Assembly: GCA_050951545.1 (NCBI GenBank)
Contig: JBMNJG010000012.1
Coordinates: 128,001 to 192,000, forward strand
Length of the DNA: 64,000 nucleotides
Source of the DNA: Limnochordia bacterium
Lineage (GTDB): Bacteria; Bacillota; Limnochordia; DTU080
Reading direction: 5' to 3'
The notes under the pieces are model-generated. The model was not told the origin of the DNA. It made no database searches and saw nothing but the letters and a program-made list of their open reading frames with translations. Each line of letters starts with the position of its first letter. Positions within the stretch are counted from its first letter, which is position 1. Positions 51,010 to 60,663 of the stretch are shown piece by piece. The position numbers and the translations under genes were made by a program.

Positions 51010-51038
51010 AGCATACATTACCCGGATATCTTTGTCAA
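51010..51038 (-). promoter_or_regulatory. Sigma-A promoter firing into the rpe-rpmB intergenic region
   Basis: TTGACA-aagatatccgggtaatg(17)-TATGCT. Confidence 0.65.
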
Positions 51039-51134
51039 CCGTGGATTGCTGTTCTAACCTCGCTCGGTCAAAAGATGTGCCTATTGTCATGCTTGGGTGT
51101 CGCCTAAATGAAATCGGCAAGATTGGGAGCTGAG

Positions 51135-51806
51135 CTAAGCCATAGAAGCAGCTTGAGAAAGCTCAGCCAAGGCGTCTGTGGGGTTATCAGCACCGAATAC
51201 CGCCGTCCCCGCCACAAGGGCATTCGCGCCCGCCTCAACCAATAGAGGCGCCGTCTTTTTGTCTACGCCGCCATCCACTTGCAGGGTGATGTCGCGGTTG
51301 GCTAGTAGCTCGCGCATCGCAGTCAGCTTGCGCAACATCGCCGGGATAAAACGTTGCCCTCCGAACCCAGGGTTTACTGTCATGATCAGTACCAGATCCA
51401 GATCATCCAAGACCCATTCTAGCACGTGAAGAGGTGTCGAAGGATTTAGGGCAACCCCTGCCTTGAGTCCCCTATCTTTGATTTGCTGCAGAACACGCTG
51501 CAGGTGTGGGCAGGCCTCAGCATGCACCGTCAGCCCCCCTGCCCCGGCCTCAGCAAAAGCATCAATATACTTCTCGGGCTCGACAATCATCAAGTGAACG
51601 TCGAGAAAGTGTGGGGTACACTGGCTGAGCGCCGACACGACAAGTGGGCCTATGGTGATATTCGGTACGAAGCGGCCATCCATGACGTCGACATGCAGCC
51701 AGTCAGCCATCTTCACCTGCTGGACAGACTCTGCGAGCTGAGCAAAGTCAGCAGACAACAGAGAGGGTACGATTCTCACTTTGGACTTAGTAGCGCCTCG
51801 CTTCAA
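51135..51806 (-). CDS. rpe: Ribulose-phosphate 3-epimerase
   Basis: PSLLSADF, HVDVMDG.FVPN, DVHLM, MTVNPGFGGQ, VDGG; start position uncertain. Confidence 0.96.
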   Translation of the reverse strand: MKRGATKSKVRIVPSLLSADFAQLAESVQQVKMADWLHVDVMDGRFVPNITIGPLVVSALSQCTPHFLDVHLMIVEPEKYIDAFAEAGAGGLTVHAEACPHLQRVLQQIKDRGLKAGVALNPSTPLHVLEWVLDDLDLVLIMTVNPGFGGQRFIPAMLRKLTAMRELLANRDITLQVDGGVDKKTAPLLVEAGANALVAGTAVFGADNPTDALAELSQAASMA

Positions 51807-52692
51807 GCGCCTCGACCTCCTCGGCAAATCGTAGATAGCGTTGATAACGTCCCGCGTCTATGGTGCCATTGTCCACCGCTACTTGCACCGCGCATCCGGG
51901 CTCGCCGCGATGAAGGCAGCTCGCGAAGCGACACGCAGAAGAGACCTGAACAAATTCCGGGTAGGTGGTGGGCAATTCTCTCAGGGCCATGTCACCGAAG
52001 TGAAGAGTAGAGAACCCCGGAGTGTCGGCTACCCAGCCGCCTAGCGGCAGTTTCAGGAGCTCTACCTGGCGAGTGGTGTGTCTGCCGCGCACTGCCCGCT
52101 CGCTGATGTCGCCGACGGCAAGGTTGAATTCCGGACAGATGCTGTTGAGTAGCCTGGACTTGCCCACACCCGACGCACCAGCCAGAGTGGCGATGCGGTC
52201 CTTCAGCTTCTGTGACAGCTCATCTACGCCAATGCCCAAGACAGCTGAAGTAACGACATGCGCATAGCCCGCACGCTTGTATGGCTCCAAGAAAGCGGCG
52301 ACAGAGTGCTTGTCGCCTAAGTCAGCCTTGCTGACACAGATCATGCTGGCCAGTCCGGCATAGGCCGCCTGTATTAGGGTCCTGTCGATCATGTCGAGGT
52401 TCGGCGCTGGAGCCGTGATAGACTGCACCACGACACATAAATCCACGTTGGCAATCGCTGGTCTGCGCATCTCGGTGCTTCGCGGCATGACATCGGAGAT
52501 GATCCAGGTGCTGTGCGAGAATTCAATGGTGACTCGATCCCCAGGCAGCACGGGCCCCTGTTGGTCTCGTGCGCCACCAGGTCTGAGCCGCCCGGAAAGA
52601 CGCCCATCAACTGTGCTACCATCGGCCAGAGCGATGCGGTAGAAGCCGCCAACCGTCCGGAGTACTCGGCCAGTGATGGCTGCTCTTGGCAA
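51787..52692 (-). CDS. rsgA: Ribosome small subunit-dependent GTPase A
   Basis: RP.IANVD, GASGVGKS, GRHTT, DTPGF, C.F..C.H..EPGC. Confidence 0.96.
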   Translation of the reverse strand: MPRAAITGRVLRTVGGFYRIALADGSTVDGRLSGRLRPGGARDQQGPVLPGDRVTIEFSHSTWIISDVMPRSTEMRRPAIANVDLCVVVQSITAPAPNLDMIDRTLIQAAYAGLASMICVSKADLGDKHSVAAFLEPYKRAGYAHVVTSAVLGIGVDELSQKLKDRIATLAGASGVGKSRLLNSICPEFNLAVGDISERAVRGRHTTRQVELLKLPLGGWVADTPGFSTLHFGDMALRELPTTYPEFVQVSSACRFASCLHRGEPGCAVQVAVDNGTIDAGRYQRYLRFAEEVEALEARRY

Positions 52693-52792
52693 GAACAGAC
52701 CTCCCTAGAAAATCGTGTTATGCTGTGCGGGCAGTGTAGGCGGCCTCCGATTTTCATCCAGCGATGGTTTCAGCGGCTGCTCCCTTGATCCC

Positions 52793-54724
52793 CTAACGTA
52801 GTGGTAGCTCCCTTACGAGCTTGCCATCCATATACACACGGACGACGGGTTTGTCTCCTCGGGCCTTAACTGGCACTACAAGCGTTGCTCCTCCGCTCGC
52901 AGTCTCGCTGTGGACCTCGCGCGTTCCGAAATCGTCAACGACGATGACAACCACTTCGGTATCCGGTCCTTCTGGGACCAAAATGCTTACGTCTCTATTG
53001 ATTGACGTATCCCTAGGAGTCCCGGGCAAACGTAGGAATCCGCCTGTGAGCAGTCCCTCTTTGTCGGCATAGGCAAAATCTACGCTGGACCCGACTTCAA
53101 CCATCGTTCCGGGTGGAGGATTCTGATCAATGATACTGCCCGGCACGACTCCGGCTGTCGGCTCCTCAGTATAGGTTTTCCCAGTTTTCAGGCCTAAGGA
53201 ACCCAAACGGGATTTCGCCTCATCTGGAGTCAGACCGCGCAGATTAGGTACCTCTATACTCTCTTGCTGTTTCGCTTCCGTTACCACAAGGTCGACAGAA
53301 GCACCTTTCTCCAGGCGACTGCCACCAGCAGGGTTCTGTCGCAGCACAGTGCCGGGAGCGGAGCCTGAGCGCTTCTCCTCCCTGACCGTGCCCGTCATCA
53401 GCCCAGCCTGGACAAGGCGATTCCTGGTTTCGCTCAGTGTGAGGCCAATGACATCTGGCACTGAGACATACTCCAGACCGCGGCTGACGACCACGAACAC
53501 ATTGCGGCCAACGCGCACACGGCGATTCCCAGGAGGATCCTGCGTGATAATGTGATTCACGGGGACACTCGAGCTAAACGACTGCCTTTCTTCGACAAGC
53601 TTGAGCCCTTGCTCGCGCAACAGGGCCTCGGCTTCTTTCACTTCCTTACCGATGACTGAGGGAACGCGCACCTCTTCGGGAAAGAGCAGACTGGGCAGAG
53701 CATTTCCAGCCCATAGCAGACCGCCCAAAAACGAGGCAAGGGCGATGAGCCACAGCCAAGCTTTCATACCTCTCTTGCGTTCCTGTCGATCGCCCTCTGC
53801 GGCAGAGCGGTCTTCCGTTCGCAGTGCTGGTTGCACCGTCGTGGCGGCGAGGGAATCTACCGGAGTCATCGGTTGGGTAATGTCGTCTTCTCCTGCAGTC
53901 GTGCCGTATGTCTCGCCGAGTGCCCGTAGATCACGTAGCATTGCCGTGGCAGACGAATAACGATCAGCTTCGGACTTAGCCATCGCTTTGAGGATGATGC
54001 GCTCAAACTCGGCTGACACTTGGGGGTTGAGTTGCCGCGGCGGCTTGGGTTGCTCTTGCACGTGCATAAGCGCTACGGCTACAGGGCTGTCCCCACTGAA
54101 AGGAACGCTGCCGGTGACCATCTCATAGCAGAGCACACCGAGGGAGTAGATGTCTGAGGCGGTGCCAACGGGCCCCCCTCTGGCCTGCTCAGGTGAGAAA
54201 TAATGCACGGACCCTATGACGGTTCCCGTCTGAGTCAGTGACGACGCCGCTGCTGCTCGAGCGATACCGAAATCGGTAACCTTTACACGTCCGTCGAACG
54301 TGATGAGGATGTTGTGTGGTTTGACATCACGATGCGTAAGGTTGAGGCGATGGGCTGCCTCCAGCGCGCGACAGATCTCGCGCGCGAAAAGGACGGCAGT
54401 GCGGTTGGGCAGGGGGCCTTCCTGACGGATAATCTCCTTCAGATTGCGGCCTTCCACGTATTCCATGACGATGTAGTATATACCGTTTTCCTCGCCAACA
54501 TCATAGATGTTGACCACGTTGGGATGCGACAGACTGGCGGCTGTCTGGGCCTCTCGGCGAAAACGCTCCACAAACTCTAAGTCACTTGCGTACTGAGAGC
54601 GTAGTACTTTGAGGGCCACCATACGTCCCAAGAGAGTATCGCGGGCTCTGTAGACGACTGCCATACCGCCTTCGCCGACCCGCGCCAGAACTTCGTAACG
54701 GTTGGAGAGCACTTGACCGATCAC
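52793..54724 (-). CDS. pknB: PASTA-domain Ser/Thr kinase (PknB/PrkC)
   Basis: GEGGMAVVY, VALK, HRDVKPHN, DFGIA, SPEQ, transmembrane helix, three PASTA repeats. Confidence 0.95.
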   Translation of the reverse strand: MIGQVLSNRYEVLARVGEGGMAVVYRARDTLLGRMVALKVLRSQYASDLEFVERFRREAQTAASLSHPNVVNIYDVGEENGIYYIVMEYVEGRNLKEIIRQEGPLPNRTAVLFAREICRALEAAHRLNLTHRDVKPHNILITFDGRVKVTDFGIARAAAASSLTQTGTVIGSVHYFSPEQARGGPVGTASDIYSLGVLCYEMVTGSVPFSGDSPVAVALMHVQEQPKPPRQLNPQVSAEFERIILKAMAKSEADRYSSATAMLRDLRALGETYGTTAGEDDITQPMTPVDSLAATTVQPALRTEDRSAAEGDRQERKRGMKAWLWLIALASFLGGLLWAGNALPSLLFPEEVRVPSVIGKEVKEAEALLREQGLKLVEERQSFSSSVPVNHIITQDPPGNRRVRVGRNVFVVVSRGLEYVSVPDVIGLTLSETRNRLVQAGLMTGTVREEKRSGSAPGTVLRQNPAGGSRLEKGASVDLVVTEAKQQESIEVPNLRGLTPDEAKSRLGSLGLKTGKTYTEEPTAGVVPGSIIDQNPPPGTMVEVGSSVDFAYADKEGLLTGGFLRLPGTPRDTSINRDVSILVPEGPDTEVVVIVVDDFGTREVHSETASGGATLVVPVKARGDKPVVRVYMDGKLVRELPLR

Positions 54725-56145
54725 AGATAGACGGCCTTGCGAGATTGCACGGCCGCTTCCTCCCTTCGCCTACCCACGGGACTACGCACTGTGGCCTCAA
54801 TGACCTGGGCCGCCACAGGAGCCGCTTGCGTACCGCCGCCGCCAGCATTCTCAATTACCACGGCCACAGCCACGACACCTCCACTATACGGTGCAAAACC
54901 GATGAACCAAGCGTGCGCTCTTCCAACTGGGTTATCAGCGGTGCCTGTTTTGCCAGCCACCTCCACGCCTGAGACCGCAGCACGTGTGCCAGTACCACGC
55001 GTGACTACCGCACGCATAGCATCAGCCACGAAGGTGGCTGTCTCTTCAGAAAGAACCCGTTTTCGGGGAACTACAGGTGCCACATCTCTGTTACCAACTG
55101 ACTGGACGAGATAGGGGGTTATAGCATAACCACCATTGCCGATGGTTGCTGCTAATACAGCCATATGCAGCGGCGATACCCAGGCTTCACCTTGGCCAAT
55201 GCTGACCTCAGCCACAACCGAGCGCTGCTGGAGACTGTCCTGACTAGGCAGATGGCTGGCCGCGGCTGGCGTACCGAGCTTTGGTGCATTGAAAAGGCCC
55301 ATCTGCTGCGCGAGCTGCGCAATGGCTCGCCCCCCGGTTTTGAGTCCGATCTGCACAAAGACAACGTTTGAAGAGTACGCTAACGCATCGGTCAGGCCCA
55401 AGCGGCCGCGCTCTTTCTCTTCGTAGTTGCGGATCTCGTAGCCCTCCACAGTGATGCTTTTGCGGTCTTCGAAAACATCCTTAACACTTACCGCCTTTGT
55501 CTCTAGAGCAGCGGCAAGGATCAAGGGTTTCCAGGAAGAACCAGGTGGATAGCGCCCCTGCAGGGCCCTGTTGAACAGCGGACCTCCGGCGCTGCCGGAA
55601 AAAAGGTCTTCACTTATGTTGTTTGGATCGAAAAAGGGCACACTAGCCGCCGCCAGTATGGCTCCGGTGTTGGCATCAAGAGCGACCACTGCGCCTTTCC
55701 TACCAGCCAGTGCCTTCTCGGCGACCTTTTGTACCTGGGTATCAATAGTCGTTGTTAGCTCGAGGCCCTCGCGAGGTGCATTTCGGTAAGTGAACAGACC
55801 GCCCCGCGTCACCGCGCCGCCTCGTAGATCTGCATCAAATGTGCGCTCTAACCCCGACTTTCCAAAGCGAGGATGGAGATAGCCGATCGTCTGCGATAAG
55901 GACAAAGGCCCAAGAAAATGCCTCTTATAGCTATTCCTCTCCCAGACACTTGCGGCCAGGGATTGGCCATGCCGGTCATTTATCCCTCCCCGTGCGACAC
56001 GAGACTCGGCCTCAATGCGACGCGGATTACGGGCATGGGCTTCTAGGGCTGGTCCGCGGACTACTGTCCAGTAACCCACCCACGCCTCTAGGATAAGAAA
56101 AACCGCCATGAAACCGATGAGGACCCTGCGGCTGGCTACCTCCAC
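54721..56145 (-). CDS. Class B penicillin-binding protein (PbpA-like)
   Basis: RG.I.DR, PGSSWK (SxxK), SSN (SxN), KTGTA, HAWF. Confidence 0.92.
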   Translation of the reverse strand: MEVASRRVLIGFMAVFLILEAWVGYWTVVRGPALEAHARNPRRIEAESRVARGGINDRHGQSLAASVWERNSYKRHFLGPLSLSQTIGYLHPRFGKSGLERTFDADLRGGAVTRGGLFTYRNAPREGLELTTTIDTQVQKVAEKALAGRKGAVVALDANTGAILAAASVPFFDPNNISEDLFSGSAGGPLFNRALQGRYPPGSSWKPLILAAALETKAVSVKDVFEDRKSITVEGYEIRNYEEKERGRLGLTDALAYSSNVVFVQIGLKTGGRAIAQLAQQMGLFNAPKLGTPAAASHLPSQDSLQQRSVVAEVSIGQGEAWVSPLHMAVLAATIGNGGYAITPYLVQSVGNRDVAPVVPRKRVLSEETATFVADAMRAVVTRGTGTRAAVSGVEVAGKTGTADNPVGRAHAWFIGFAPYSGGVVAVAVVIENAGGGGTQAAPVAAQVIEATVRSPVGRRREEAAVQSRKAVYL

Positions 56146-57407
56146 GCGACCACCTCCGCCGGCGTCAGATCCCCATGGCTTGGGGAAGGCGCAGTGATCG
56201 AAAGACTGTGCATAAGACCAAGCTGTGCGAAGCTGGCGATCAGCGAACTACCACCATAGCTGAGAAAAGGAAGGGTAATCCCCGTGACAGGTATCAGTTT
56301 CGTCACGCCACCGATAATGATCACAGCCTGCAACCCCAACAGTACAGAAAGCCCCATGCCAGCCAAGGCAGCTACGTTGTCACCGTGAGCATTAGCCCAC
56401 GTCAGGCCTCTCGCCACCAATATCATGTACATGGCGATGATGAAGGTACCTCCGACCAACCCCATCTCCTCGACGAGGGCGTTGAAGATGAAGTCGTTTG
56501 CCGCAGCCGGAACAACGTAGGGAGAACCAAACCCCAGGCCAGTTCCTGTGATTCCGCCAGCAGCCAGAGCAAAAAGACCTTGGATGATCTGGTATCCTAT
56601 CGTTTCGTAGTACCGCCAGGGGTTCAGCCAGACCAGAAAACGGATGCGTACATGACCGAAAGCCAGGTACGCAGCTAAGCCCCCCGCCATGGCCAGCATT
56701 CCTCCTAACGTCAAATAGACGCATCGTCCGCTCGCCACATAAAGCATGAGTACAAAGACTCCGAAAAGGAGCATAGCTCCGCCGAGGTCACGCTGTACAA
56801 CAAACATTAGCATAGACAAGGCCCACATCAAGAGCAGAGGTCCAAGGTGACGAGCAGCAGGAACACGGATAAACCCAAGGCGACGACCAGGGGCCGCCAG
56901 AAACTCTTTGGACTGTGCCAAGTGACCAGCCAAGGAAATCACCACAAGCAGCTTCGCAATCTCCGATGTTTGCATACTGAACCCTCTGATTCGTAGCCAA
57001 GCCCGGGCGCCTCCCACCTCAGTGCCGAATATGACGGTGATAAGCAAGAGGAAAGCGGCCAACAAGGCCCATACATACTTGAGGTCGGCCATGGCGTTCC
57101 ATCTGCGGAAACGACTGGCGGTACCGTAGACTACCGTACCCAGTACGATCCAAAGGGCTTGCTGCCAGCCCCTGCCTGGGTCAATGCGCCACACCTCTGC
57201 CATGCCAAGCCCGCATAGGGCAGCGATGATGGGCAAGAGGAACGGATCTCCGCGTCGGCCTGCCCAAAAGTATACAAGAACAAATGAGACGACGTAAAGA
57301 CCGATAGCGATGGTTGGTCGGCCCTCCAAGCCATCGGTAGCCAGATGCATAAGCACTTGCGCGAGCGATCCACAAGCTAGGCCCAAGGCGAACAGACCGC
57401 CTCTCAC
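56136..57407 (-). CDS. SEDS family protein (RodA/FtsW)
   Basis: GA.AW, Q.SE.AK, QRDLG, GYQI.Q, DFIF..L.EE.G, TGITLPF.SYGGSS. Confidence 0.93.
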   Translation of the reverse strand: MRGGLFALGLACGSLAQVLMHLATDGLEGRPTIAIGLYVVSFVLVYFWAGRRGDPFLLPIIAALCGLGMAEVWRIDPGRGWQQALWIVLGTVVYGTASRFRRWNAMADLKYVWALLAAFLLLITVIFGTEVGGARAWLRIRGFSMQTSEIAKLLVVISLAGHLAQSKEFLAAPGRRLGFIRVPAARHLGPLLLMWALSMLMFVVQRDLGGAMLLFGVFVLMLYVASGRCVYLTLGGMLAMAGGLAAYLAFGHVRIRFLVWLNPWRYYETIGYQIIQGLFALAAGGITGTGLGFGSPYVVPAAANDFIFNALVEEMGLVGGTFIIAMYMILVARGLTWANAHGDNVAALAGMGLSVLLGLQAVIIIGGVTKLIPVTGITLPFLSYGGSSLIASFAQLGLMHSLSITAPSPSHGDLTPAEVVAWR

Positions 57408-58114
57408 TGCAGATCGCCTCCAGTTATGTCGGCCACGATAACAGTGATGTTATCAGGCCCCCCCAATCTGTTCGCCTGATGAATGAGATTGGTGACGGCG
57501 ATTTGTGGCTGTTCCGTTTGCGCCAGAACACGGGCGATGCGCTCTTCCGGCACACATCCGTGCAGGCCATCCGTGCATAGCAGGAGACGGTCACCGATCT
57601 TTAGCTGCAGAACACCTCTGTCGACAGTCACAGCCTCGCCTATGCCCAGCGCGCGGGTAAGGACGTTGCGGTGCGGGTGCGACCGCGCTTCATTCTCGGT
57701 TAGATTGCCACTTCGCTGCAACTCCCCTACGACAGAATGATCGCAGGTCTGCCGTATAAGCGTGCCATTGCGCATCAAATAAAGGCGGCTGTCGCCGACA
57801 TGCGCCCAGAACAGAGACTGCTGCGAAAGATGAGCGGCAGTCAGAGTGGTACCCATGCCCTCATAGGCCTCGTCGGAGAAGGCACGCTGATAGATCCTTC
57901 TGTTGGCTTGCAGTATGCTTGACCACAAGTCTTGTTCAGGATTATCCCACCTTGGCCAACTGGCGAGGGTGCCTACTGCAAGCTGACTGGCCACCTCGCC
58001 GGCAGCGTGCCCCCCCATTCCATCCGCTACTGCCAGAAGAGGAGGCGTGGCATAGTAGGCATCTTCGTTTTTCCCGCGTACCCGACCAGCATGGGTCGCT
58101 GCCCCTACGTGCAC
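57404..58114 (-). CDS. PP2C-family Ser/Thr phosphatase (Stp1/PrpC)
   Basis: G.VR..NED, VADGMGGH..GEVAS, GMGTT, HVGDSR, LLCTDGL, GG.DN.T. Confidence 0.95.
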   Translation of the reverse strand: MHVGAATHAGRVRGKNEDAYYATPPLLAVADGMGGHAAGEVASQLAVGTLASWPRWDNPEQDLWSSILQANRRIYQRAFSDEAYEGMGTTLTAAHLSQQSLFWAHVGDSRLYLMRNGTLIRQTCDHSVVGELQRSGNLTENEARSHPHRNVLTRALGIGEAVTVDRGVLQLKIGDRLLLCTDGLHGCVPEERIARVLAQTEQPQIAVTNLIHQANRLGGPDNITVIVADITGGDLQ

Positions 58115-58180
58115 ACTGTACACCCCTTTACACGTCCTCCTGCGCCTCAGCATTGGTACCAACGCTTCTTATTCAGGGCC

Positions 58181-58648
58181 CTACTCTACCGCAAAGCTTG
58201 TCGAACCCACATCTATGATGTCCCCGGGCTCCACTCGCACTGGCGTTCGAATGCGTACGCCATTCACTCGTGTTCCGTTTGTGGTTCCCAGATCCTCTAC
58301 GAGAAGGCCGTGCCTCTGTCGCCGTACGCGGGCGTGGAAAGCAGAGGAAAACGGGTCTTCAAGTCGGATATCATTGCCTGGCGCTCTACCCAGGGAGAGT
58401 TCAACTCTGGACGAGACAATGCCTCCCGCCTCCAAGGGCTGTTCGTCATGTGCACCCTTGACCCAGACGCGGGTATCCCCCTGTAGAAGACGCAGTGTCA
58501 GCCCGTCCTGGCGCTTACCTGCGTCGTGGACAGGCTGCGCCAAGCCTACGGTTGTAGACGAGCGCGAGAGAATCACAGCCAGACGCAGCAGGAAGATGAA
58601 GAGCAGTGCCAGCATTGCGAATCTGCCCAACCCATAGAGCCGTTCGAT
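58181..58648 (-). CDS. Membrane-anchored FHA domain protein (FhaB-like)
   Basis: N-terminal TM helix; FHA motifs GR, S..HA, DL.TTNGT; start either ATC 58648 or TTG 58630. Confidence 0.88.
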   Translation of the reverse strand: MERLYGLGRFAMLALLFIFLLRLAVILSRSSTTVGLAQPVHDAGKRQDGLTLRLLQGDTRVWVKGAHDEQPLEAGGIVSSRVELSLGRAPGNDIRLEDPFSSAFHARVRRQRHGLLVEDLGTTNGTRVNGVRIRTPVRVEPGDIIDVGSTSFAVE

Positions 58649-58650
58649 GG

Positions 58651-59436
58651 TTAGTCGCCTCCCGCCGGAGTGATCGTCAGGCGCGTGGTTCCGATCTCTA
58701 TCCGATCTTCGAGCCCCACAGAAGCACGTCGCACGAGCCTGCCGTTTAGTCGAGTGCCGTTGGTACTGTCAGCATCGACGATGATAGGAGTCTCGGTCCC
58801 CATCTCCAACCGGGCATGAAGACGTGATACCTTGGGATCATGCAGCTGAATGTCACAGCCCTGCCGTCTGCCGATAACAGCTGGAAGGCCGACGCTAAAT
58901 GCAGCACCTGCATCGGGTCCCTCCTCCACGGCAACGCGCCAGATCGTCGGCTTGGCAACGAGGCTCTTGTACCCCCTGGTCTTCTCCATTGATACGGGTG
59001 CTGATGCTGGTGACTTGGGCACAAAAGTCCCGGTATCGTCTACTTCATGTGGAGGGGAATCCTCGTCTTCTTCGCCTTCCATGAACTGAACCTGTACCCG
59101 CGCCTGACCACGGTTTAGGCCGCTGTCTGCCTCGAATCCCACAGTAACTGGCCCGGGGAAAGCAAGATTCAGACGCCGGGCAGCTGCCCGGGCGTGATTT
59201 GCCAGATCCTGTTCGAGAGTGTGTGCGAAACTCTGTAACTCGGCTAGGTCGTCTTTGCTGACGTAGATCAAAAAGTCGTTTGGTACATAGGTGCGGTGCA
59301 CACTGATGCGCCGCTGGTCTTCCATGGCACGTACCATAAGACGAGCAATCTCAATAGGCTGCACACATTCACGTGGGCCGAAGAAGCGTTCGATATTGCT
59401 TTCGAGCCATTTCTCCACACGCAAAAGCAGGCTCAA
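58651..59436 (-). CDS. FhaA-like protein (DUF3662 + FHA)
   Basis: VQP.EIAR...RAME, YVPN.F, C-terminal FHA IGR..SR.HA..STNGT; TTG start overlaps the rlmN stop. Confidence 0.9.
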   Translation of the reverse strand: MSLLLRVEKWLESNIERFFGPRECVQPIEIARLMVRAMEDQRRISVHRTYVPNDFLIYVSKDDLAELQSFAHTLEQDLANHARAAARRLNLAFPGPVTVGFEADSGLNRGQARVQVQFMEGEEDEDSPPHEVDDTGTFVPKSPASAPVSMEKTRGYKSLVAKPTIWRVAVEEGPDAGAAFSVGLPAVIGRRQGCDIQLHDPKVSRLHARLEMGTETPIIVDADSTNGTRLNGRLVRRASVGLEDRIEIGTTRLTITPAGGD

Positions 59437-60506
59437 AAAGCCCTCACCTCGTCCCTTAGGCGCAACTGGCCGCAAGCCGCGTCAATACCAGCGCCCTTTT
59501 CCTTACGCACGCTCACACGCACGCCGTGAGAAGCGACAATACGAGCAAATTCCTCTGTAACCCTGGGGCTAGGCTGCCTGTAGCCTGTTTCCGGAACAGG
59601 GTTGACAGGAATCAGATTGACGTGACACAAAAGTCCTGCCAATAACTCGCCTAAGGCACGCGCTTGGCTGGCGGAGTCGTTCACATCCTGCAAGAGAACA
59701 TACTCAAATGTGACTCGGCGACCCGTGTGCTTGGCATACTCTCTGCAGGTATCTATTAGGCTCGCGATGGGGTAGCTCCTGTTTAGTGGCACTAATCGGC
59801 TTCGCAGTTTGTTATCTGGAGCGTGCAAAGATACGGCAAGATTCACCTGCAGGTTCTCATGCATGAGGCGCCTAATGCCGGGCAAGACGCCAGCCGTGGA
59901 TATGGTGAAGCGGCGGGCACCCATTCGTAGCGCCTGTGGGTGATTCATTATGCGCAGGGCTTTCATGACATGCGCATAGTTGGCTAATGGCTCTCCCATG
60001 CCCATCATAACCACGTTGGTGATCTCCGTGCCCCGTTGCTCCTGAAGGACTAAGAGCTGTCCCACAATCTCATCAGCCGAAAGGTTACGCAGCAGACCCG
60101 AAAGACCCGTCGCGCAGAAGCTACATCCTACAGCGCATCCGACCTGTGAGGAGAGACAGGCTGTTAGGCGCTTCCCTTCTTCGATCACAACGGCTTCAAC
60201 GCGTTGTCCGTCAGCCATCTCGAAGAGGAACTTGCCCGTGTTATCTGTCGCAGACTGCGCTTTGATAATCCGGGGTAGATGGACGCAAAAACGCTGCGCT
60301 AAGGCCTCGCGAAGACCCTTCGGAAGATTCGACATTGGCTCGAATGAGTAGACAGACCTCTTGTAGATCCAGTCCAGGATCTGGTCAGCGCGGTAACGTG
60401 GTTCATCAAGAGCAACGAGTTGATCGGCGATCTCCTTGATCTCCATGCCCAATAGATTGGGCAAAGCGGGATCCACCCCCAAGTCAAATACCTCCTGTTG
60501 AGGCAA
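59433..60506 (-). CDS. rlmN: 23S rRNA (adenine2503-C2)-methyltransferase RlmN
   Basis: SSQVGCAVGCSFC radical SAM motif, MGMGEPL.N, SLHA, EYVL, NLIP, AACGQL. Confidence 0.96.
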   Translation of the reverse strand: MPQQEVFDLGVDPALPNLLGMEIKEIADQLVALDEPRYRADQILDWIYKRSVYSFEPMSNLPKGLREALAQRFCVHLPRIIKAQSATDNTGKFLFEMADGQRVEAVVIEEGKRLTACLSSQVGCAVGCSFCATGLSGLLRNLSADEIVGQLLVLQEQRGTEITNVVMMGMGEPLANYAHVMKALRIMNHPQALRMGARRFTISTAGVLPGIRRLMHENLQVNLAVSLHAPDNKLRSRLVPLNRSYPIASLIDTCREYAKHTGRRVTFEYVLLQDVNDSASQARALGELLAGLLCHVNLIPVNPVPETGYRQPSPRVTEEFARIVASHGVRVSVRKEKGAGIDAACGQLRLRDEVRAF

Positions 60507-60663
60507 GGCGCGTCAATACAGATGGCGTCCTGCGGATAGTTCTTCATTCTTCGGCGGTTTCCTTTCTCCGATAATAACCAGGCGAAGGTCGGCATAGGTG
60601 TGCTCTGTTTGTGAAAGACTAGTATCCGCTTTTCGATGGCCAGGGACAAGGAGTGATGTCTCC

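Noticed and set aside
50830-51134. spoVM or thiN at their usual position
   Set aside because: No MKFYTIKLPKF-like peptide in the minus-strand frames I read, and no room for thiN.
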